Positions 28,146 to 40,132 of a stretch of 64,000 nucleotides of DNA are shown here, in pieces. Positions within the stretch are counted from its first letter, which is position 1. The number at the start of each line of letters is the position of its first letter. Source of the stretch: Octopus vulgaris (lineage: Eukaryota); assembly GCA_951406725.2 (NCBI GenBank), contig OX597830.1:64418001-64482000 (forward strand), given 5' to 3'. The position numbers were made by a program, and so were the translations under genes. The notes under the pieces are model-generated. The model searched no databases. It was not told the origin of the DNA and worked only from the letters and a program-made list of their open reading frames with translations.

Positions 28146-28700
28146 TGCCCTGATGCAGTACCAGGCAGTGGCTCTCATGGCTTCTGATCTTAACTGATTG
28201 GAAGTGTTATCATGTACATTGTTTTGTCTTGGTATAAAAGATGGGCTACAGCAAATATTCTGCTCAATACCACAGATTTGCTTGTCAGTTGTTTGACCTT
28301 AACCAGTTGAGCATGTCCCTTAGTGGCTGACGATATGTGCATCTCTGATCACGAGCGGAAGTAGTGGGGGAGCATCATAGCCATGTGTTGAGAGGGATTC
28401 TATGGAGTTTGAATAATTCACCTCTGGAAACATAGGTGTTTCGTTCAACATCCTTAAACAACCCTTATTCAAGAACCTTTTGAGTGGGATGGGTTACTCG
28501 ACCAGAAGAAAATTCTAACTGGGCCCCACCTGCAAGGTCATGTGCTGTTTATCTTGATATGAGATCACTATGTCGTGCATATATGGTTGTGATGCATGTG
28601 CCTGGTGTACCCTTATCAGACGAGTAGTCATGATGAGTATACTGATCTTCGTATATTTTACCCCAGTGTCACTTTGATGGCATGCTCTGCTCGCTCACTC
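28146..28700. mobile_element. Unclassified ~555-bp element inserted in an (AAT)n tract
   Basis: Complex sequence bounded exactly by (AAT)n on both sides; no ORF and no TIR visible. Confidence 0.5.
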
Positions 28701-29213
28701 AATAATAATAATAATAACAAGGATAAGTTAACAGAATCTTAGTTGTCAGATTCTATCTTCCTGTACAATATATAATTGCTAATCATAAATAACATCCATA
28801 ATAAAATGCCCAACTTGCTGTTACTTGAAGTCTTTGGTTAAGCTTTGGAACAGCGGCTCATACAACACAATGAAGTAATAACGTACAATGATGATTTCAA
28901 ATCTTGGCACAAGCCCAGCAATTACGTGTGAGGGCGGGGGTAAATTGATTACATCGACCCTAGTATCCAACTGGCATTTATTTAATCAACCCGGAAAAGA
29001 AGAAAGGCCAACTCGACCTCGGCGGTTTCTGGACTCAGAGCATAACGACGGACGACGTGACTGCGATTCTATAATCATCATAATGACGTTTCAAGTTTTG
29101 GCCAAAGGCCAGAAAATTTAGTGGGAGGTGGTCAGTCGGAACCATCGACGCCAGTACTTGACTGGTTCTTTGTTTCGTAGACACTGAGAGGATGAAAGGC
29201 AAAGTTGATTCAC

Positions 29214-29329
29214 CTCTGTGTGTCTCTTAGTTTGTCTGTTAGATCTGCTTCTCTGGAAGGAGTCGACTGTGGTCAGACCTGGATAGGGATGGGTCCCGTC
29301 AAGCTTAGATACATTGTATTTCATGACGG
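29214..29329 (-). CDS. Candidate linker exon between the two vWA exons
   Basis: Acceptor ttgtgttgcttttAG|CC and donor GAG|GTGAAT; unique, non-repetitive 116 nt, open in phase 1 (AVMKYNVSKLDGTHPYPGLTTVDSFQRSRSNRQTKRHTE). It exits in phase 0, so it needs another exon or an alternative acceptor. Confidence 0.4.
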
Positions 29330-30036
29330 CTAAAAGCAACACAACAAATACAGTCGTAATAGTTGAGAAACCAAAGCAAAAATATAAAGCAAACTAAAGC
29401 GAATAAACCAAAGGAATAAAGCAAGTGTAGGAAGTGAAGCATTAACACAAATGTGAAGATAAAGCATTCGCATAGATAAACACAATAAAAAGAAACGTAA
29501 TCGTGATCTCCAACATAACATGGAGGCTGTGTTAGAACAAAGAATTCTGCGTTATTTTGTTTGAGAGAAACTCGGAAAAGGACTCGTCGCGCATAAAAGC
29601 ACTCGAAATTATATACGAAATAATTTCGATATAATTCCGCGTGCTTCCATGCACTACGAGATATTTTCTCTCGAGGTAAATAACGCAGGGTTTTGTGTTC
29701 TAACAAAACTTTCACGTTAAGTTGGAGATCAAGACTAGCTAAAGGTATGAAAACTGCTTTTGTCGTTATGAAACAATAATTTTTTAAATGCGCTCTCGTT
29801 GAGTGGGGATCATCAGCGGTGCTGGGTATAAATGTAAGGTCTTACTCTGTTTCGATTTCCTGTTGGAATACACAATCGATGGATCGATATCACTTCGGGG
29901 TTTGTCTCGTCTGATTGGAACTGAAAGAAAGAATTATAGAATTAATACTGACAGTTGGATTGTGGTGTAAGTACGTGTCGTAGTAACTTATGGTATAATT
30001 ATAAACAGGGCAAATTATGAAAAAAACTGACGAACA

Positions 30037-30079
30037 ACCTTAATCGATTTTCGAACCTTATTGGGTTCTCATCAGAGGT
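30037..30079 (-). ncRNA. Minimal type I hammerhead ribozyme (complete core)
   Basis: Minus strand reads ACCT-CTGATGA-GAACC-caataa-GGTTC-GAAA-ATCGAT-TA-AGGT: stem I ACCT/AGGT, 5-bp stem II, palindromic stem III (AATCGATT), UUA cleavage triplet. Confidence 0.85.
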
Positions 30080-32309
30080 GTCTACATCATTCTGACAGTC
30101 TCCAGAGAAACAAGCAACCAACTGTTTATATACTCAACAAATGCAGCAGTTACTCTATGATGGAGTCCCTAATTTGCACACTGAAAGTGTTCAACACTCT
30201 ATGACACCCGTATGTTGTGAATTTGGTTAAAAGTGTCTATGTCGTAACTATTGGATAATTGGTGTTGTGAAAGTGGTGTTGTACCTGTGTGTTAGTTGCG
30301 TGTGTTGTCGAGCAATATGTACCGTAAGTATGTAGTAGTTTTGTTTAAAAACAATGAAAAAAAGGCGATGCATACCCTGCGTGCAGATATTTTTTTCACA
30401 AACTATAGTGTCGCTTGCAATGCGTTGCCTATCCATGTTTTTTAATAGAACTAAACTAAGCTTTTTTTTTTTTAGGTATTACCGTTATAAGTATTTATAC
30501 TCCGGTGAAACCCTTGAATCCATCACTGTGTACAGACACACACAGACAGATTCGCATATCTATGTATATATTTATGTATATATGAACCTACGCGCATAGT
30601 TATAGGTACTCCATGGTCGATACACACGCAGGCGAGGGTCGATTCATATGTAAAAGAAAGTGAACAAAATAATATGACCACATTCTTATCGGGAAATTTG
30701 TTAGTTCGATTTAAAATTTTGTTCATCATTTCGAGCCACTCACCCCATGAGTATTTCTACCAAATGTGGTGAAAATCCGTTCTGCCGTTTTCCAGTAAAT
30801 TTGCAAAAACACAGACAAACAGGCAAAGACGAGTTATTACAATACCCTACTTTCGTTCACTCGTGTAGAGTAAAAAAAAAAAAGAAAGATATTGTAACTG
30901 GATGCCAGTTGTGTATTTGTTGTTGCAAAGCGGCAGGTTGGCAGAATCGTTAGCACGCCCGGGTTAAATGCTTAGCGGCATTTCGTCTGTCTCTACGTTC
31001 TGAGTTCTGCCAGCTCGTCGCATTTTACTGTTGAAATATTAAATACATTTATGAAGTCTATGAATGAATGTTACCATGAAATATATATCGTAATGCTAGA
31101 AATATGAGGTGCAAATGTCATGGTGAAATGAATGTCGTAAATATCTTAGCTCAATGTCACTCCACCACCACGACCATCACCACAGACCAGAAATAATTAT
31201 AACATTACTTACCCCCACCACTACACTTTTACATTGAATCGACAACACCCTGTCTCTACATAAATGTCAAGGGATGAAGATTTTTTTATTTACTTTACTT
31301 AGTAGAGGAGAAAAGAGCGTCGTCATGACCCCACTTCAGGGTCTTCATTGTTAATGAACAGACGGGAGCAAGTTTCGGCTTCACTGATAAGAACAGAACA
31401 GTTTGCTGCGAAAGACACGCATAGGATAGGTAGTGATGTTAAAAAAAAGGGGGCAACTGATTGGATATCACATCATCACGTGATCGACCAGACTACTGGA
31501 TGTTGTAATAAATCGCTGTTCTTTTTTAAGTATCACCATTATAAGGATTTATTGTTTGTCCCTTCATAAGGGCCGGTCTTCCGGCCTCCTTGGCGTATAG
31601 CTTCCCCACCTGGACGGGACACCGGTCCGTCGCAGGTAAGCTGCATGAGGAAAGAGTGAGAGAAAGTTGTGGCGAAAGAGTCAGCAGAAGTCCGCCATTA
31701 CTTTCTACCGGAGCCGCGTGGAGCTCAGGTGTTTCGCTCATAAAAACACACACATCACCCGGTCTGAGATTCGAACCCACGAACCCTCGACCGCGAGTCC
31801 GCGACTCTAACCACTAGGCCATGTGCCTCCACATAAGTATTTATACTCCGGGGAAATTAAGAAATCAACTCGTAAATAAACGAAACCCTCGAATCCATCA
31901 CTGTACAAACACATGCACACACACGCAAACGCATGCACACACATACACACAGATCGCGTATCTGTGTATATATTTATGTATGTACCTACGCGCATAGGTA
32001 CTCCATGATCTGTACACACGCAGGCGCAATGCACTTGGCATAGTTTTAGCTTTCGAATAATGCCACCCTGTTGACTAGGCAAACAGGCCAATATCCTCCC
32101 CCCTCCTGATCGGAAAGCTATTCTGTCGCAGAGTTTCTCATTTACAGCTGTGTGGACTGGAGCAACGTGTGAAGGACACAACGCGCCGCTCAATTCAGGA
32201 ATCGAACCTACGATCTAGCGTTCATGAGTGCAATACACTAACCACTAGGCTACTCACCTCCACAATTAAATATACCTCTTACTAAATTAAATATACCCAA
32301 GATTCAGTC

Positions 32310-32368
<59 letters not shown>

Positions 32369-32544
32369 GTCTGTCTGTCTGTCTATCTACATACGTGTGA
32401 ATATATACGTATGTGATACAGAAGATGGGAAAAGCTGTACAATCACCTGTGGGATTCGAACTTAGAGTCTGTCGTTAACTGTAGAGCTCTGCTAACCACT
32501 GCACCAAAGCGACATTAGAACCAGCCAGTGATCATACTGGTTTC

Positions 32545-33130
32545 GTATTTTGGCACAAGGCCAGCAATTTCGGGGGAAGGAGGAAGCCGATTACATCGAC
32601 CTCAGTGCTCAACTGGTACTTATTTTATAGACTCCGAAAGAATAAAAGGAAAAGCCGACCTCGGTCAAATTTGAACTGAGAACCTAAGGTCGGAGGAAAT
32701 GCCACTAAGCATCTCACCCGGCGCCGTAACGATTCTGCCAGCTCGCCGCCTTTACCAGCCTTCATATTAACGGCAAGCTGGCAAAATCGTTAGCACGCCG
32801 GGCGGAATGCTTCGCGCTATGTCGTCTGCCACTATGATCTGAGTTCAAATTCCGCCGAAGTCGACTTTGTCTTTCATCCTTTCGGGGTCGATAAATTAGG
32901 TATTAGTTGCGTACTGGATTCGATCTAATCGACTGCCCCCCCCTCCACTTATTTCGGGTCTTGTACCTAGAGTAGAAAAGAATCGTTAGCAACGTCGAAC
33001 AAAATGCTTAACGGCATTCCGAGTTCAAATCGGGCCGAGGTCAATATTGCCTTTTATTCTTTCGGGGACGATAAAATAAAATACTAGTCAAGTACTGAAG
33101 TTCTATGCAATCGACTTGTTCTGCATCCAC
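32545..33130. mobile_element. Head-to-head family A SINEs (32545-32751 minus; 32771-32982 and 32980-33130 plus)
   Basis: taacgattctgccagctcgccgcc lies about 20 nt from cggcaagctggcaaaatcgttag, and the bodies are complementary. Confidence 0.85.
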
Positions 33131-33671
33131 TCAAAATTGGAGGCCTTAATCCCTGCAACAGATAGGCATCCCTATGCTAGTGAATGTTCTGATTTCGGTC
33201 ATATGTATGTGGAAAGTAGCCACATACCTTGAGTGTCCTAGAGCCTAAGAAAAAAATAAAAACAAAAAATAACTAGTTGGACTGAAAGAAACAACTTAAT
33301 TTGGCCTTACAGAATATGATCGATTAGTTTAGACTTACAGTCTTGCACTTAGTAAATGTTATGTCATGCCAAGTTTGTTTTTTAAAGTTATGTGATGAAT
33401 CAGTCTTAGTAAACGGACACCTAAACTGCTAAGGTTCGAATGACAAAGGTTAACTCGAAATGTCTTTTAGCGTCATTTCTCCGTTTCTACGAGGTGTGTG
33501 CGTGTAAGGGTGTACATTTATATGATGTCTGTGTATATAGGTATGCGCATAACTATACATATACATATATAAATATGTATGTATGTATAAATATGTATGT
33601 ATATATATATATATATATATATATAATTGTATACCTATATATCTATATAGGTATGTGTGTGCGTATGTATA

Positions 33672-33714
<43 letters not shown>

Positions 33715-34502
33715 GCACACACACACATTTACATGCGTAAATGCATGCATAATATAGACATACATACACACACGCACGTGCACATGCAAGCACAAACACA
33801 CACATATTGCTTCTTGTTGAATCAGCAGAAATTTACACGCGCATATATATATAAATATGCGTGTTTGAGTTTATGTGAATATATATGTGTGTGTGTGTGT
33901 ATGTGTGTGTGTGTGTTTGTATGTATGTAGTTATGCATTATTTTATGGTTATATAGAAGTACATTTATGTACTACTATCTACAGGTCAGTCTCTATAAGT
34001 CTTTCTGATTTACTCTCAGCCAATCAACCTTTCTTCACCCCACACTCATGTGTTCCAATATTTCTGTAACATATCTATCTAGCTATTTCCATTCATGTCT
34101 TTATATTGCTGAAAACTGCTGATGATTTATTGCAGATTGACTCCGAGTTTCTCGTGGGCTGAAATGGAATGAATAAGGAATTTCGAACGAATAAATAAAC
34201 TCTACTATCAGGTATTGAGTACTGTTTCACGTTTCTACATAAAAACATACACTGAATTTATTCATTTTTTCCCCCGAGGCTTGTACTCATTCTCGTTTTG
34301 CCTTGTCGCCACGTTGTGAACATTCATCTCCGGACGAACATACATACATACATACATACATACAATTATATATATAACGACATCACGTTATCGACTAGAT
34401 TATCGTATGTTGTTATACATCGCTGGTCACAATGCGCTTCGCATTGTTTTAGCTTTCGAATGGCGCCATCCCTCTAGCTAGGTGTGCAGGCCAATATGTG
34501 CT

Positions 34503-34536
<34 letters not shown>

Positions 34537-35310
34537 TGTGTGTATGCCTGCGCACACATATATGTATACATGCATAAGTAAGTCAAATACAATGGATCTG
34601 TGTCTGTGTGTCAGCGTAAGGTAATAATGGTTTCCTCTGAAGAACTGCCGTGGACCTGCACTATGAACACTTATTGCAGAGGATGCAAATATCCACAATG
34701 GGGAAACATGCGTAGGGAAGAAATGATATGAACTGCATCTAGCGTTGCTCTGTATATCACAGCCGGTGATGGTAATCAGTACAGTACAAACAACATGGTT
34801 TTACTGGAAGCAGACAGGGTAGGGATATTTTATACGGGGCTCTAAATTCACCATCAGCAATTTTATATCTACCTGTACACAAATATACATGTATGTATAT
34901 ATGTATGTATGTGTGTATATGTGTATGTGTGTGTATGTATGTATGTATGTATGTATGTATGTATGTATGTATGTATGTATGTATGTATGTATGTATGTAT
35001 GTGTGTGTGTATGTATGTATGTATGTATGTGTGTGTATGTATGTAAGTATGTATGTATGTGTGTGTATGTGTGTATGTATGTATGTGTATATGTATGTGT
35101 GTGTGTATGTGTGTGTGTGTATGTATATTAGTCATTTAGTTTATTATAAGATTTCTTACCAATAGAGAAAGAACCAGATTCTAACCCAGATCGAAGGTTC
35201 CTTCATTGGAACATCAACAGGGTGTTTTGTACGTATGTATGTATGTATGTATGTATGTATGTATGTATGTATGTATGTATGTATGTATGTATGTGTCTAA
35301 GTATGTATGT

Positions 35311-36098
35311 ATGTCATTATTCAGTTTTATTTCAAGATTTCTTATCAATAGAGAAAGAACCGGTTTCTATCCTAGATCTAAGACTACATGGAAAGAATTT
35401 CAACAACATCAACAGGCTCCTTCATTGGAATTTCAACATCAAATTTTGCGTGCATGAATGTGTGTACGTATGTATCTATGTCATTATTCAGTCAGTTTCA
35501 TTTCAAGATTTCTTATCAATAGAGAAAGAACCGGTTTCTATCCTAGATCTAAGACTACATGGAAAGAATTTCAACAACATCAACAGGCTCCTTCATTGGA
35601 ATTTCAACATCAAATTTTGCGTGCATGAATGTGCGTACGTATGTATCTATGTCATTATTCAGTCAGTTTCATTTCAAGATTTCTTACCCATAGTGAAAGA
35701 GCCGGTTTCTATCCTAGATCTAAGACTCCATGGAAAGAATTTCAACAACATCAACAGGCTCCTTCATTGGAATTTCAACATCAAATTTTGCGTGCATGAA
35801 TGTGTGTACGTATGTATCTATGTCATTATTCAGTCAGTTTCATTTCAAGATTTCTTACCCATAGTGAAAGAACCGGTTTCTATCCTAGATCTAAGACTAC
35901 ATGGAAAGAATTTCAACAACATCAACAGGCTCCTTCATTGGAATTTCAACATCAAATTTTGCGTGCATGAATGTGTGTACGTATGTATCTATGTCATTAT
36001 TCAGTCAGTTTCATTTCAAGATTTCTTATCAATAGTGAAAGAGCCGGTTTCTATCCTAGATCTAAGACTACATGGAAAGAATTTCAACAACATCAACA
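35311..36098. repeat. 171-bp tandem repeat, about 4.6 copies
   Basis: atgtcattattcag recurs at 35311, 35478, 35649, 35820 and 35991 (spacing 167, then 171); units are nearly identical. A diverged partial unit lies at about 35130-35225. Confidence 0.95.
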
Positions 36099-36099
36099 G

Positions 36100-36364
36100 C
36101 GCATATTTGAATGTATATGTTTATATGTGAGGGATCTGGAGGCAGTGCACGTGCACATTTATATGTTTCGCTTTTTGTATATAATTTTTATGCATATAAT
36201 AGTTGCCATTCTGGTCATGTATATATACACTTAAATGCTAAACTTTTTGAGAGTTTTACAAATTTTTACAGTTCCACTGATGGCTTGTATCTGCAATGTT
36301 CTAATAAGCTTTTTCCTCTCTGGTTTTGGGAAGCCTAATTTCTCAAGGTTGACCTTTAGGCAGT
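36100..36364 (-). mobile_element. 5'-truncated RLE-type non-LTR retrotransposon (R4/Dong-like): ORF C-terminus plus 3' UTR
   Basis: LKVNLEKLGFPKPERKKLIRTLQIQAISGTVKICKTLKKFSI* (stop at 36231) resembles the LxxLG...LQ..A..GT..I..K.. C-terminus of R4/Dong ORFs. The 5' end abuts (CATA)n. Confidence 0.6.
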
Positions 36365-36496
36365 GTGTATGTATGTATGTATGTATGTATGTATGTATGT
36401 ATGTATGTATGTATGTATGTATGTATGTATGAGTGTGTGTGTGTGTGTGTGTGTATGTGTGGTTGTGTGTGTGATTAGATAACACTATATACTCAC

Positions 36497-37078
36497 CTTT
36501 GCACGTTTCCCTGGCCACCTTCCGTTTAATCGAATTAAGAATTGAATAGTTATCCACTGTGAACACGTGATTCCGAGGCGGTGATGAAGCTATCATCTCT
36601 AGTTCATGTTTATCTACGCCTGCTCCGACGCCGATGGCAAAAATTTGAATGCCTTCGTAATGCGCCCGTGCTGCTTCAGTTCGTGTAGCTTTTGGGTCCT
36701 GTGACAATCCATCCGTGATTACCACAACGATTTTATCCGAATAGGTTCGTCCTCCGTTGCGAACGGTGAACATCTGTCGGCGTATATATTCGAGGGCCTT
36801 GTGGGTGTAAGTTCCCCCGGGGGAGTACTGGGTGATCCGCATAACGGCTTTTTTTAGTTGATGCTTGTGAAAGTAGTCACGCAGGTTAAAGTGAACAGTG
36901 ATGTTCTCGCTATACGTTACTACAGCAACATGGAAGTCACTTTGTTTGGTACCAATGGGGAATTGTTCTACGACATTCACCACAAATTGTAACTGCTTCT
37001 GGAAATGGACCGGCCAAATACTGTAAGACGCGTCTAAAGCGAAGACAATGTCTGCTCCTTGTTTTCCGCACGAAAGAC
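36497..37078 (-). CDS. Internal exon encoding vWA domain 1 of a secreted multi-vWA extracellular-matrix protein (collagen VI/XII/matrilin-like)
   Basis: Minus-strand acceptor ctttcgtttcAG|GT CTT TCG TGC and donor AAA G|GTGAGT; 582 nt, phase 1-1. Translation LSCGKQGADIVFALDASYSIW...GGTYTHKAL...KIVVVITDGLSQD...GIQIFAIGVG...ELEMIASSP..NHVFTVDNY...ETCK has the DxSxS/T/D MIDAS residues and flanking cysteines. Confidence 0.95.
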
Positions 37079-37168
37079 CTGAAACGAAAGAATCATGTAA
37101 ATATAAAACAAAACACGGTACGTGTGTCTATTGTCTATTAAATACATTATAGTGGTTGCATTTTGTGG

Positions 37169-37594
37169 GTCATTATGCCAATAATAAACACACACACTGG
37201 TTCAATTTCACTTCATTATTTATAGGGTTGATTACTCTTCATTGTCATACATGATGTATCTAAGATTATATCAACGTGTTCTTAGTTTTTAAGAAGGAAA
37301 GCATGCAATTGGTGGGATGCGTGGCTGCTATTTCTAGCAAGCCGAGTGAGCAATTAGAGATTAGTTATTTAGCCAACTAACTAATCGATCAGTCAGTTAA
37401 CCAATCGAACACTTGGAAGAGTGAATATCACTAATGATATTGCAAATGGCGACGAAAGGACTTTGTCAAACGATTGATTGATTAACCGACTGATGAGGCA
37501 AATAATCGATTTGTTAATTGGTTAAATAACTAATCAACTAATAACAAAGAAGTGAAATCGAATCAGTGCGTGTGTATGTTAGTGGCGTAATGAC
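37169..37594. repeat. Nested imperfect inverted repeats (outer 37169-37214/37549-37594; inner 37360-37407/37471-37534)
   Basis: gtcattatgccaa..cacactggttcaatttcacttc pairs with gaagtgaaatcgaatcagtg..tggcgtaatgac; ttagttatttagccaactaactaatcgat pairs with atcgatttgttaattggttaaataactaa. Confidence 0.75.
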
Positions 37595-37907
37595 GTCAAG
37601 AAACTTACAAACCTAATACAAAACATTATATTGAATTGTCAAATTCGTTCTTTTCATTCCAACGTTATTTGAATTAACTCGGAAAATATTTCTATCGTAG
37701 ATTTTCATGCTTTTCTTTCTTTTTTTTTTTGTAAATCTATTCTTCATCAACACTTTTTATGGTTTTTGGAATCTGAATGTATTTTATCTCCTTTCAGACA
37801 CAACGAAAAATAACGATTAAAAAGGGGTTGGGGTGGAAGAAGCACGAATTTAGTTGACAATGAAATAAATACGAAGTTGTGGCACTCATTCTTTTCTTAA
37901 TGATATC

Positions 37908-38139
37908 TATTTCTTTACTACTCACAGGGGGCTAAACACAGACGGGATAAACAAGGACAGACAAACGGATTAAGTCGATTATATCGATCCCAGTGCGTAA
38001 CTGGTACTTAATTTAGCGACCCCGAAAGGATGAAAGGCAAAGTCGACCTCGGTGGAATTTGAACTCAGAACGTAACGGCAGACGAAATACGGCTACGCAT
38101 TTCGCCCGACGTGCTAACGTTTCTGCCAGCTCACCGCCT
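37908..38139 (-). mobile_element. tRNA-derived SINE family A (GGCGGCGAGCTGGCAGAA head), full copy
   Basis: B-box GAGTTCAAATTCC and conserved GCCTTTCATCCTTTCGGGGTCG.TAAATTAAGTACCAGT domain. Close copies at 3986-4213(-) and 58197-58412(-); fragments at 28900-29210(-), 30930-31010(+), 59300-59660(-) and 63910-64000(+). Confidence 0.9.
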
Positions 38140-38513
38140 TCTTTTCTTAATGATATCACTGACGTTACGTTAGAGAAGGGACGTGTCAACACCAGGGATC
38201 GAAACACAGAAAAAAGCTATCGAATCAACGAAAGAGCTTCCACATATATATTGATTTATTCTGCTTGATTAACAGCCAAATCTCCCCCAAATACAACATT
38301 GCTCTCTTGAAGCGAAGAAAATATTGGGAAAATGTCATGGAGAGAAGAGGATAGAGGAGAGTCACGGTTTGATTACTCTTCATTGTCATGCATGATGCAT
38401 CTAAGACTACATCGCCCAATGTGTTCTTCGTTTTTTAAGAAGGATAGTATGCAATTGGTGGGATGCGTGGCTGCTATTTCTAGTAAGCTGAGTGAGCAAT
38501 TAGAGGTTACGTC

Positions 38514-38595
<82 letters not shown>

Positions 38596-38631
38596 GTCTA
38601 TCTATCTATCTATCTATTTGTCTGTCTGTGA

Positions 38632-38666
<35 letters not shown>

Positions 38667-38983
38667 TCTATATATTTCTGCCAAAATACGTTGTGAAAAA
38701 AGCATACACTCGTAGAATAACAAATGAAATGCTTATAAGAATCGTCTCTCGTTAACAGCAACAGTGGAATCGCTCTTATTGAAGATGATATGGTTAAGAT
38801 GGTTTATGTAAGTTCGATTAAGAAGAGAGAGAGAGAAGGAGAGAGAGAGAAACAGACAGACAGATGAAGAGACAGTGGGGAAAGAGAACAGGTAAAGAGA
38901 ATTGAAGTGAGAGTTAGAGAGTGTGTGTAGAGCGACGTAAGTAGTGTGTAGAGCGACGTAAGTAGGTAACGATGTGTACCGAC

Positions 38984-39011
38984 CTGTTGATAATCCCACC
39001 AGCAGAGACAT
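38984..39011 (-). CDS. Candidate 28-nt exon (MSLLVGLSTG), possible signal-peptide portion of the vWA gene
   Basis: Pyrimidine-rich acceptor tcttatcttttacAG|ATG and donor ACAG|GTCGGT in phase 1. It would join in frame to give MSLLVGLSTG-LSCGKQGAD. The donor is not a perfect consensus. Confidence 0.45.
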
Positions 39012-40100
39012 CTGTAAAAGATAAGATAGAACACAAAGATAAGATATAATGAAAAGCTAAGATGAGTTTAAGATAAGTTTAAGATAAGATACAATGTTAC
39101 AGATCAAGATAACATATAAATTACGAGCAAAACGTGTTGGATGGGAAGAAAAATTGATTAACTGCATTTAAAAACAGAAAGAAGAAAACTGATTATAATG
39201 GTAAATCATACGAAATGAAATAAATGTACTTTAAACAACCTTAGTTTAAAATATCATTACGTATACAATTTGTTTTTATAATGTACAGACATTTTAGAAA
39301 TATTTTTTAATGATGTATATACACCTGCAAAACGGCACGAGCTGTAATACTTAGTTTCAGAGAAACTTCTCAAAGAAACTTTTGTGTTAAAAACACAAGA
39401 GTTCACTCAGAACGAATATCACGGAATAATCGTCACCGAAGAGACCGATCAATGTCGAAACGCCAGTTTTTTTGCAGATTCGTATTTCCCCTTTGCCGAA
39501 AAGGGGGATTTGTATCTAAAGAAGAAAAATGTAAAAAAAAAAACAGCTGTTGGGGGGGGGGGGCGGAAGTCTTAACGAAGTGTTTTGCTCAGAAACAAAA
39601 CACATCACCCGGTCCGGGAATCGAAACCGTAATCCTACGATCGTGCGTGCAACGCCTTAACCACTACTAGGCCACGTGCCTTCACCAGCTTACATAACAC
39701 CATTACAAATTTACAAGTATGATCTATGTTTTTACACACACAAACATATATACACACACGTAAATATGTTTATTCACAAATAACATCACATTTTACGCAC
39801 TGAACGTCTATTTTGGTAATTTCATCAAAGCTAGAAGATAGGAAACAAGCAAAGTTATTGTTAGAAAACAATACATCACCGAAAAGAGAAGCCCTTCTTT
39901 GCACCCTCCACCCTGCCACCGGCACCACCAAAACCACCACCGACGCCACCACTAACATCGCCATCAACTCCTCCACCACTGCCCTAACCATCTCCACTAC
40001 CACAAGGATTACATTACAGTCTACTTCCACCACTGCCACCGGTTCCACCACCGACACCGCTCCCACTATCTCTATTACATCACACTGTACCACCACCACC

Positions 40101-40132
<32 letters not shown>

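Noticed and set aside
35222-36130. 302-aa ORF with a 57-aa repeat; also a superficial CRISPR-like or alpha-satellite-like periodicity
   Set aside because: The frame is open only because the 171-bp unit is divisible by three. There are no unique spacers or cas genes, and the length match to alpha satellite is coincidental.
36231-36496. C-terminal extension of the vWA1 ORF
   Set aside because: It lies past the GTGAGT donor and reads through microsatellite into an unrelated retrotransposon ORF end.
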